Assembly (NCBI GenBank): GCA_964650485.1
Contig: CAZYTX010000005.1
Location: 29,480 to 93,479, forward strand
Length of the DNA: 64,000 bases
DNA from: an uncultured bacterium
GTDB lineage: Bacteria > RBG-13-61-14 > DATKZS01
Direction: 5' to 3'
The notes under the pieces are model-generated. The model ran no database searches. It saw only the letters and a program-made list of their open reading frames with translations, and was not told where the DNA came from. Below, one piece after another: positions 1-6,885 of the stretch. Numbering within the stretch: the stretch's first letter is position 1; every line of letters begins with the position of its first letter. The position numbers and the translations under genes were made by a program.

Positions 1-101
1 CGCTGCCCCACCAGCACGGCGCCTGCCTGCGACGTTATGGAGTCCACGAACCTGCTCTCCTCTTCCACCCTCTCCTGGATGGCTCCCATGTCTACTTCCA
101 T
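1..101 (-). CDS. moxR: MoxR-family AAA+ ATPase, N-terminal fragment (runs off window)
   Basis: Manual translation of the minus strand from ATG at 101 gives MEVDMGAIQERVEEESRFVDSITSQAGAVLVGQ, the typical MoxR N-terminus ending in VGQ; purine-rich RBS upstream; follows a BatD-like gene. Confidence 0.75.
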   Translation of the reverse strand, partial: MEVDMGAIQERVEEESRFVDSITSQAGAVLVGQ

Positions 102-174
102 TTAACCGCTCCCCCTTGAAACTTATCGGGCGGCGCACACATCTATGTGGGCTACCCTTCATTATACGTTTTAA

Positions 175-1200
175 TCATGTGGCCCTCTGGTCCCGACTCT
201 CGGCCTCGGCCACCAGTGCCCTGGCTGTCTCCATGGCCCTGTCCATGTGCTCGACCGAAGGCTTCCGAGCGGCGAACTTCACCTGGTTGCAGGTCTCAAA
301 GAGCTCGGTGACCCTCTCGGCCATGCCCGTGCCCAGCTTCTGTGCGACCTCGGTCTCGATCCTCTGCGCCGGAACGGCCCTGGCCTTTACGCCCAGGGCC
401 TTTTGCATGTACGCGGCCACCTCCTTGGACAGGGCCACCAGGAACTGGGTGTAGTCCCCGGCCATGCGCAGCCTGTCAACCTGGCCCAGCCTCTCCCGCA
501 TCTGATCGTGCACCGAAAGCACTGGCTCTACAGCCAGCTTCTTCCCCCGCCTGCCCTTTATTACCGGCCAGGCAAGCGCAACCGCGGCCGCGAGAAGCAC
601 CAGGGTTATCCCTGCGATTGCCGCTGGATTACTTGCGAGCTTTCCCGGGCCGGGCCTCGGCTCTGTCACGGCCAGGGGCAGTTCCCCTGTCTCGAGCTCT
701 CTGACATCATCCGACCCCGTCCTCATGTACTCCACCTTGACCGGGCTGATCCGGGCCTGGCCCTCCTGGTCCGCGCGGAAGTCGAACGTGTGCACCCTGG
801 TGTAGTGTACGGTGCTGCCCGAGAGTCTGGTGCTGGAGTTGAAAGAGTTTGCATACAAGGCAAGGCCCTCCGCGGACGGCGGGTCCGGGAACTCGAAGTC
901 CAGGGGGGCCGCAGCCTCCCCCGCGGGCTCTTCCCACGCAAGCTCGACCAGGAGCCTAGCGGTGCCGCCCCTGGGGACCTCCGGGTCTTCCACACGGGCG
1001 GTGATGGACACCGGGGGCAAGGGCTTGAATTCACGGTCCTTTGCCTGGGCCGATCCTTTGACGGATGGCTTTTCAAGCGCGGGCGGAGGCAGACCCGCAC
1101 CTTGCTGCGCCCGCACCTCTCCTGCCGCGGCCGCGAAAATCAAAGCCGCGGAGAATGCCATAATCTCCGTGGCTTTAAGTATGTTTAAGCCTGCCTGCAC
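175..1200 (-). CDS. BatD-like (oxygen tolerance) exported protein with C-terminal TM and helical domain
   Basis: Signal peptide, Ig-like beta-rich segment (ARISPVKVEY), TM helix, C-terminal DxVKFA-like motif (NQVKFAA); lies upstream of moxR as in Bat operons. True start may be further downstream. Confidence 0.65.
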   Translation of the reverse strand: MQAGLNILKATEIMAFSAALIFAAAAGEVRAQQGAGLPPPALEKPSVKGSAQAKDREFKPLPPVSITARVEDPEVPRGGTARLLVELAWEEPAGEAAAPLDFEFPDPPSAEGLALYANSFNSSTRLSGSTVHYTRVHTFDFRADQEGQARISPVKVEYMRTGSDDVRELETGELPLAVTEPRPGPGKLASNPAAIAGITLVLLAAAVALAWPVIKGRRGKKLAVEPVLSVHDQMRERLGQVDRLRMAGDYTQFLVALSKEVAAYMQKALGVKARAVPAQRIETEVAQKLGTGMAERVTELFETCNQVKFAARKPSVEHMDRAMETARALVAEAESRDQRAT

Positions 1201-1212
1201 GCCTTGAATGTG

Positions 1213-1241
1213 ATATTAAGAAGGGCCTGCCCCCGTGTCAA
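1213..1241 (-). promoter_or_regulatory. sigma70-type promoter for the bat/moxR operon
   Basis: Minus strand TTGACA (1241-1236), 17 bp spacer, TAATAT (1218-1213). Confidence 0.5.
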
Positions 1242-1336
1242 GGTTCCAAAAGGGCCATTACATGGAACGTGATCATAATAATCCAATATTTAAGACACCT
1301 TTGCATCTTGATAGTTTCAGGACTTTTGCATCCGCT

Positions 1337-1365
1337 TTGACGAACCGCTCGCCTGGCGTTATATT
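1337..1365 (+). promoter_or_regulatory. sigma70-type promoter of the riboswitch-btuB transcript
   Basis: TTGACG (1337-1342), 17 bp spacer, TATATT (1360-1365), directly upstream of the riboswitch. Confidence 0.55.
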
Positions 1366-1371
1366 AATAAG

Positions 1372-1538
1372 CAAGCTGCAAGGTGAGCCCTTTTGGGCCA
1401 AGAGGGAATCCGGTGAGAATCCGGAGCTGACCCGCAACTGTAAGAGGGGAGCCAAGGTCCGACAACGGCCACTGGGAATGACCCGGGAAGGCCCGGGCCT
1501 CCGGCCGTGATCCTCGAGCCAGGAGACCTGCCTTGCGG
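1372..1538 (+). ncRNA. Cobalamin (AdoCbl) riboswitch
   Basis: Hallmark segments AGGTG...AAGAGGGAATCCGGTGAGAATCCGGAGCTGACCCGCAACTGTAA...GCCACTGGGAA...GGGAAGGC...GAGCCAGGAGACCTGCC (B12 box), upstream of a TonB receptor. Confidence 0.95.
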
Positions 1539-1574
1539 TCAATGTCGAGGGTCCTCGAGGAGGGGGAGAAGGCA

Positions 1575-3698
1575 TTGCCCTGCATACTAAAACCACATGA
1601 CGCTAAATACTACGGGCCTCGTTTAAAGTCCCTGCTCGCGGCATGCGCCTTTACGGCCGTGCTCGCTGCGCCGGGCGCCTCCCTGTCAGAGAAGTTGGCC
1701 GGGGACACCGCTGCCATTGACGCCGCTTCAGGGGACACTCTTTCCGGGACTATACAAATCGAGCCGGTGATCGTGCTTGGAGAGGAGCTTTTGAGCGAGC
1801 GTGAAGCTCTGAACCCGTCCAAGTTCATGACCGTGATAGACGTTTCCGGGTCTGGTGACAGAGTGGAGACCGTATCCGAGGTGCTTAGCGAGACTGTGGG
1901 CGTGCAGACCAAGAGCTGGGGCGGAATGGGCAGCTTCAGCACTGCCTCCATCCGCGGCTCGTCAGCCTCCCAGGTGCAGGTGTTCCTTGACGGTGTGCCC
2001 ATGAACAGGGCGGTGACAGGCGTGGCCGACCTGGGCGACCTGCCCTTTTCCAGCATCGAGTACATCGAGGTGTTCAGGGGCATCACCCCGCCGGACCTTG
2101 CGGGCTCGGGCATTGGCGGCGCAATAAACCTGGTCACCAGGAAGGACTTCCAGGGATGGCAGGCGAGCGGCTCTTACGGGTCTTTCCAGACTTACAGGTT
2201 GAGCACCACCGCTGCCGGGCCCGCGGGACCCATGCGACTTCTGGGATTTGCCGGCTTTCACTCGAGCGAGGGAGACTTTACCTATGAAAACGACAACGGC
2301 ACTCCCTTGAACCACTCCGACGACCGCACCGAGGATAGGATCAACAACGACTTCGAGAGCGTGGACGTCTCCTTCAGGGCTGCTTCTGACCGGGGCGGGT
2401 GGGAGCTCTCAGCGGTGGGCACGGGCCATTTAAAGGACCAGGGGCTCGCCGGGCTCAAGAGTTCGCAGGCAAAGCATACCAGGCTGGAGACCGGGCGAGG
2501 GACCCTCGTAATAAGCGCGCGCCACCCTATGCTGCTTGACGGGAAGCTTGACCTTGCCCTGGCCGCGGACGGTCTCCTCGAGAGCCAGGTCTATGACGAC
2601 CCCGAAGGGGAGCTTTCATTCTCCGGGCCGAAAAAGACCGAAAACAGGATGCGCACACAAGGAGCACAGGCAAAGTCAATGTTCCGGTTGAAAGGAGACC
2701 GCGCTCTTTTCACTCTTTACGGCCGGTTCATGGAGGAGACCTACCAGCCGTTCGAGCATGTGCCCGATTTTTTCGAGGGCAAGGAGCAGGAGAGGACCAT
2801 GTGGGCGGGCGTGGTCTCTGCCCAGGTCACGGGCTTCAAGGACAGGCTGGTTGTGCAGGCCACGCTTCGGCACGAGCACTATTTGAATGAGATCCAGGGT
2901 GACCCGCACTTCTGGTGGTCCGAGGCTGGGGGAGACAACAGGGACGAGCTGGACCTTACCAGCCCTTCCGCGGGGATACGTATCCGCATCTTTGAGGGGC
3001 TTCTGCTGAAGGCGAACGCCGGCCGCTTCTACCGGGCGCCCACGTTCTACGAGCTCTTCGGCGAGCGGGGTGTGGCCGTGGGCAACACCGACCTGGAGCC
3101 GGAAAAGGGGGTAAACTGGGACGCTGGCCTTGCCTATTCCGGGCGGGGTGTGGGTTCCTTTAAAAGGCCTTTCATTGAGTACGCCTTCTTCAAGAGCAAC
3201 ACCGAGGACCTGATTTTATCCTTTCAGAACTCGCAGCGCACCATCAGGTCAGTGAACATAGGGGGAGCGGTGGTCGCAGGCCACGAATTCTCATTTTCCG
3301 CGGAGCTTTTCGAGGGGTGGCGTATCTCGGGGAACTACACCTTCCAGAGCGCGGTGGACAAGGGCGAGGTCCCGTTCTGGCGCGATAACGCCCTGCCCGG
3401 CCGGCCCATGCACGAAGCCTTTGCAAGGGTCGAGCATACGCCTTTCAGGCGGCTCGAGGTGTTCGGAGAGGCACTGTACGTAAGCGGCAACTTCTGGGAC
3501 CGCGCAAACCTCTATGAGCTGCCCGACCGGGAGATATACAACATGGGCGCCACCATGGAGGCTTATAGGAGAAAGGCAGGTGTGGTGTCAGTTACGCTGG
3601 AGGGCAAGAACCTTGCGGACGACCGGGTCTCGGACGTGATGGGCTATCCTCTGCCCGGCAGGAGCGGGTTCGTGACCGTGCAGATAAAAAAACTATGA
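1575..3698 (+). CDS. btuB: TonB-dependent receptor, probable vitamin B12 transporter
   Basis: Plug motifs (SIRGSSASQVQVFLDGVP, IEVFRG, GGAINLVT), barrel motifs (YRAPTFYELF, GNTDLEPE), C-terminal PLPGRS; under a B12 riboswitch. TTG 1575 after AGGAGGGGG is preferred to 1533, which lies inside the riboswitch. Confidence 0.85.
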   Translation: MPCILKPHDAKYYGPRLKSLLAACAFTAVLAAPGASLSEKLAGDTAAIDAASGDTLSGTIQIEPVIVLGEELLSEREALNPSKFMTVIDVSGSGDRVETVSEVLSETVGVQTKSWGGMGSFSTASIRGSSASQVQVFLDGVPMNRAVTGVADLGDLPFSSIEYIEVFRGITPPDLAGSGIGGAINLVTRKDFQGWQASGSYGSFQTYRLSTTAAGPAGPMRLLGFAGFHSSEGDFTYENDNGTPLNHSDDRTEDRINNDFESVDVSFRAASDRGGWELSAVGTGHLKDQGLAGLKSSQAKHTRLETGRGTLVISARHPMLLDGKLDLALAADGLLESQVYDDPEGELSFSGPKKTENRMRTQGAQAKSMFRLKGDRALFTLYGRFMEETYQPFEHVPDFFEGKEQERTMWAGVVSAQVTGFKDRLVVQATLRHEHYLNEIQGDPHFWWSEAGGDNRDELDLTSPSAGIRIRIFEGLLLKANAGRFYRAPTFYELFGERGVAVGNTDLEPEKGVNWDAGLAYSGRGVGSFKRPFIEYAFFKSNTEDLILSFQNSQRTIRSVNIGGAVVAGHEFSFSAELFEGWRISGNYTFQSAVDKGEVPFWRDNALPGRPMHEAFARVEHTPFRRLEVFGEALYVSGNFWDRANLYELPDREIYNMGATMEAYRRKAGVVSVTLEGKNLADDRVSDVMGYPLPGRSGFVTVQIKKL

Positions 3699-4966
3699 CT
3701 AAAATGTATTTCAATATTAAAACATATGGTTACAGGCCAAGCTTAATGCATCGTAGCAGGTTGCTGACAATGAGCCGGGCATCATGCTCCAGTGCATCAG
3801 CCGGCATTTGCCTCGCCCTGGCCCTGCTCTTTATAAGCCCGGCCTGCGCGGAGATGCCGGACCCACGCGGCAACCTACCCCATGAAGGGGGGTGCGAAAT
3901 AGTGCAGGGAGATACAAGCGAGAACCCGTCTCAGTACGCCGCGTTCGTGGCCACCACCGACTTCACCATAAACGGGGGGTTCGGGGTGATTGACCTGGGC
4001 CGGCTGTGCACCTGGTCGCCCGACCCAATGTTCGCCACCCAGGTGGTAAGCCCTGACCCCTTGGTCAAGGCATACGGCGACCACGTGTACGTGATCAACC
4101 GCCACACCTATGACAGCATCTCGGTCCTGAACAAGGGGTTCGGCCTCGAGGCCCAGTACTCTGTAGCCGACCCTTCATGTGACCCCTCCAACCCCCATGA
4201 CCTGGAGTTCGCAAGCCGGGACAAGGCATACCTATCACGGTACGAGTGCAGGGACCTGTGGGTCATAAACCCGGTCACCGGTGATAAGCTTGGCTCGATT
4301 GACCTTGCCACCGCCGGTTACGGCGGTGCGGACGGCATACCCGAGATGAGCGGCATGCTGCTCCACGGTCGCACCCTTTACGTTGCCGTGCAGATGATGG
4401 ACAGGAGCAGGTGGGAGCCCGAGGGGCCCGGCAAGCTGGTGCTGATTGACACAGGGACAGATACGGTGGCCGGTGAGGTGGCCCTGGCTGGAAAAAACCC
4501 GGTCACGGACATCTCCTACTCCCCTGCCCTGGACAGCATACTTGTATACACTGCGGGGGACCACACCAGGGTGGGCGACGGCGGCATCGAGGGGGTCCGC
4601 CCGGGGGCCGCGGTCTCCGATGGGTATATCATTGACGAGGCCGCACTTGGCGGTAACGTGGGCGACTTTGTGATAGCCGCGCAGACCAGGGGCTATGCCA
4701 CCATCACCACCGCGGACTTCGAGTCCCTGCTGGTTCGGTTCGACCCTTCCACCGGGGCCCGGGACCAGGGCAGCATCTACTCCGCTGCTTCCGGGTTCAG
4801 CCTGTGGGACATAGCGCTGTCCGACCGGCTCTTCCTCTACGTGTGCGACAGGAGCGCTGCCAGGCCCGGCGTGGTGGTGATAGACACCATGGACAACGAC
4901 ACTGTTTTAACGCCGAAGCCCATTGACCTGGGCCTGCCACCCTTCTCGATCACCTTCATGCGCTGA
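3695..4966 (+). CDS. YncE-like beta-propeller exported/lipoprotein, probable B12-binding partner
   Basis: ATGA overlap with btuB; hydrophobic segment ending SPAC; propeller blades (VYVINR, SNPHDLEFAS..KAYLSRY, LYVAVQ, DLGLPP). Start may be a later Met. Confidence 0.7.
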   Translation: MTKMYFNIKTYGYRPSLMHRSRLLTMSRASCSSASAGICLALALLFISPACAEMPDPRGNLPHEGGCEIVQGDTSENPSQYAAFVATTDFTINGGFGVIDLGRLCTWSPDPMFATQVVSPDPLVKAYGDHVYVINRHTYDSISVLNKGFGLEAQYSVADPSCDPSNPHDLEFASRDKAYLSRYECRDLWVINPVTGDKLGSIDLATAGYGGADGIPEMSGMLLHGRTLYVAVQMMDRSRWEPEGPGKLVLIDTGTDTVAGEVALAGKNPVTDISYSPALDSILVYTAGDHTRVGDGGIEGVRPGAAVSDGYIIDEAALGGNVGDFVIAAQTRGYATITTADFESLLVRFDPSTGARDQGSIYSAASGFSLWDIALSDRLFLYVCDRSAARPGVVVIDTMDNDTVLTPKPIDLGLPPFSITFMR

Positions 4967-5055
4967 TCCGCCCAGAGCCTTCACCTACAGTGCTTTGACG
5001 CAAACGGCGCAACGGGATTATATATGGCTCTTCTGGCTTCTCAAGGCACTTAATA

Positions 5056-5177
5056 GAGTTTCTTGCAAAATGACTAGAGAAGGGGGTGGGAGAGGGCTTC
5101 TGCCCTCGATTTCTTCATAAGAATCGCGACCAGAAGGTCGCTCCCACAATAAGGTCCATGATTTTTGCAAAAAGCTC
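5056..5177. mobile_element. MITE-like element with imperfect 15-bp TIRs and possible AATA target duplication
   Basis: GAGTTTCTTGCAAAA (5056-5070) and TTTTGCAAAAAGCTC (5163-5177), 13/15 match; AATA at 5052-5055 and 5178-5181. Confidence 0.55.
5086..5147. repeat. REP doublet (REPIN-like), GTGGGAG...CTCCCAC type
   Basis: GTGGGAGAGGGCTTCTGCCCTCGAT, short spacer, ATCGCGACCAGAAGGTCGCTCCCAC: two inverted palindromic REP units with GTGG ends. Confidence 0.7.
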
Positions 5178-5249
5178 AATAGATAAAATTTAGAATCCAT
5201 AACCCGTTGCGACGTGGCGTCGTTGCGTCTAAACATACCTGACAAAAGT

Positions 5250-5278
5250 GGAACTTATCCAGGTATCACGCTGTCTTA
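5250..5278 (+). promoter_or_regulatory. ECF/sigmaE-type promoter 1
   Basis: GGAACTT (5250-5256), 17 bp spacer, TCTTA (5274-5278); fits the RpoE/AlgU consensus GAACTT-N16/17-TCTNA. Confidence 0.6.
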
Positions 5279-5283
5279 TTGAG

Positions 5284-5358
5284 TGAATCCCTGAAAAGGC
5301 CAAACCTTTTCATCCCGTCATCGCCCCTGGAAGCCCTCCGGGGGCGGTGGCGTCTCTG
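5284..5358 (+). ncRNA. Candidate small RNA, sibling 1
   Basis: Downstream of ECF promoter; hairpin TGAAAAGG/CCTTTTCA; shared 17-mer at 5299-5315; 16-bp stem with 5-nt loop at 5316-5352, whose three G-U pairs favour the plus strand. Ends approximate. Confidence 0.55.
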
Positions 5359-5441
5359 GCGGCATAAGTTCTTGTTTTTATTGCATAAGCATCAAAGGAG
5401 ACCGGTTTGATAAAAAACCTTCAAAAGAACGCTTTTTTTGC

Positions 5442-5470
5442 GGAACCTTTTTAACAGGCGCCGCATCTAT
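5442..5470 (+). promoter_or_regulatory. ECF/sigmaE-type promoter 2
   Basis: GGAACCT (5442-5448), 17 bp spacer, TCTAT (5466-5470); same spacing as promoter 1. Confidence 0.55.
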
Positions 5471-5474
5471 ATAA

Positions 5475-5546
5475 ATGAAAAAGGAGCCAAACCTTTTCAT
5501 CCGTACAAAGCCTCCGGCGCCAAGCTGGAGGCTTTGTATTTCTATT
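5475..5546 (+). ncRNA. Candidate small RNA, sibling 2
   Basis: Begins about 5 nt after the ECF -10; shared 17-mer at 5486-5502; 16-bp stem with 5-nt loop at 5503-5539 followed by TTCTATT (terminator-like). Ends approximate. Confidence 0.55.
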
Positions 5547-5997
5547 GGGAGCAGACGAGTCTTACCAGCATGTGCCCGGGGAGCCGGATTGCGGGCGGCG
5601 CTCGCAGGTCCGGGCCGCGGCTATCACTCAGCAGCAGTTTCTTGCATTGCCGGCCGGGCTTTGGCTCCACTGTCACCGTGTCCGGGGAGGCATTGTAAAA
5701 CATGACTCTCATGTCCGGGCTTGTCGCTATGAACCAGGCGCCAATAACGATAACGCGGGGGTCGCGGACCGTAACCGGCGGGTCCTGGATTTGCAGGCTG
5801 GCAAGGCCAGACACCATTAGGAGAGGCTGCATGACGGACAGGGCGTTCTTTACGCTCGCGGTCTGGTCGCACTTCGCGTGGGGTAACATCGAGTAGCGGA
5901 AGACCGTGACACCGGGCTGAGATGCCTTGTAATTGGTCTCCCAGTAGTTGTTCATCACGTAGGAATAGATAGCCGGCCCGACACGTAAACGTACTCG
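5542..5997 (-). pseudogene. C-terminal remnant of a GH38-like (alpha-mannosidase) protein
   Basis: Reads PAIYSYVMNNYWETNYKASQPGVTVFRYS, a conserved GH38-family C-terminal motif; in-frame stop at 5998-6000 and no catalytic domain upstream. Confidence 0.6.
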
Positions 5998-6119
5998 TTA
6001 AGGGAGTCGCCAAACTCGAAACAGCAAGCGTTGAAAAATTACCATCTTTTGCGAGCGACTTAAAGATGAATTGGAACGAGTTCCCCGCTGTGCTAAGATT
6101 TTTCCGAGGTGCTTTTATC

Positions 6120-6854
6120 ATGCGCGTCCTGGTCGTGCTCCCCACCTATAACGAGAGAGAAAACATCGAATGGATCATAAAGTCCCTGCTTTCTCTTGAG
6201 CTTGACCTCGACATACTCGTGGTTGACGACGGCTCTCCAGACGGGACCGCGGTCATAGCCCTGGCCGCAGGGCCGGAGGACAAGGTGCGTGCCATTGTGC
6301 GTCCCGGCAAGCTGGGTCTCGGGTCTGCCCAGCGCGCGGGCATGAAAGCGGGGGTGGAAGGGAGATACGACCTGGTGGTGGTGATGGACGCGGACGGGTC
6401 CCACGACCCGGGCTCGGTGCCGGAGCTGATCCAGGCCACACAAGCGGCGGACGTGGCCATCGGCTCGAGGTACATACCGGGCGGCAGGGTGGAGAACTGG
6501 GCATGGTACAGGCACTTCCTGAGCAGCACGGCCAACATTGTGGCCCGTCTGGCACTGGGCAGACAGGTGCACGACTGGACCAGTTCCTTCAGGTGCTATT
6601 GCACGGAAATGCTCGCAAAGCTGCCCCTGGACAGGTTCCGCTCGGACGGGTACGCCTTTGCCGAGGAGATGCTCTTCGAGTGCAGGTTCCGTGGCTTTTC
6701 CACCACCGAGGTCCCCATAGTGTTCGTGGAAAGACGCGCCGGCAGGTCCAAGATATCCAGGATGGAGGTCTTTGCCGCGGTGTGGAGGCTCATTGTCCTG
6801 GCCCTCCGGAGAGTGGGGGCAGCGGTATCCCGCCCCGCGGCAAGGCCCGGCTGA
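6120..6854 (+). CDS. Polyprenol monophosphomannose synthase (GT2, DPM1/Ppm1-like)
   Basis: PTYNERENI, VVDDGSPDGT, GKLGLGSA, MDADGSHDP, IGSRY..GG, EVPIVFVERRAGRSK. Confidence 0.9.
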   Translation: MRVLVVLPTYNERENIEWIIKSLLSLELDLDILVVDDGSPDGTAVIALAAGPEDKVRAIVRPGKLGLGSAQRAGMKAGVEGRYDLVVVMDADGSHDPGSVPELIQATQAADVAIGSRYIPGGRVENWAWYRHFLSSTANIVARLALGRQVHDWTSSFRCYCTEMLAKLPLDRFRSDGYAFAEEMLFECRFRGFSTTEVPIVFVERRAGRSKISRMEVFAAVWRLIVLALRRVGAAVSRPAARPG

Positions 6855-6885
6855 GGCCGCTTTGCCGGATGCTTTAGATCTTGCC

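Larger units (their letters stand above)
4997..5229. repeat. Outer imperfect periodic inverted repeat (GACGCAA.../...TTGCGTC) enclosing nested elements
   Basis: GACGCAAACGGCGCAACGGG (4997-5016) versus CCCGTTGCGACGTGGCGTCGTTGCGTC (5203-5229). Confidence 0.6.

Noticed and set aside
5018..5245. 75-aa minus-strand ORF
   Set aside because: Runs through nested repeats; TTG start without RBS; no protein-like features.
5266..5500. Two minus-strand micro-ORFs both starting MKRFG (type I toxin idea)
   Set aside because: No similarity beyond the shared 17-mer, no hydrophobic helix, no clear SD; G-U pairing and promoters favour plus-strand RNAs. Not fully excluded.
5299..5502. 17-bp direct repeat as CRISPR repeat or att site
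   Set aside because: Only two copies, 170-bp spacer, no cas or integrase genes; better explained as paralogous RNA modules.
5481..5530. Resemblance to a c-di-GMP-I (GEMM) riboswitch (GCCAAACC...AAAGCCTCCGG)
   Set aside because: Lacks the GNRA-capped stem after AAACC and the GGGxCGC junction; AAAGCCTCCGG is fully paired in a simple hairpin; no downstream plus-strand gene.
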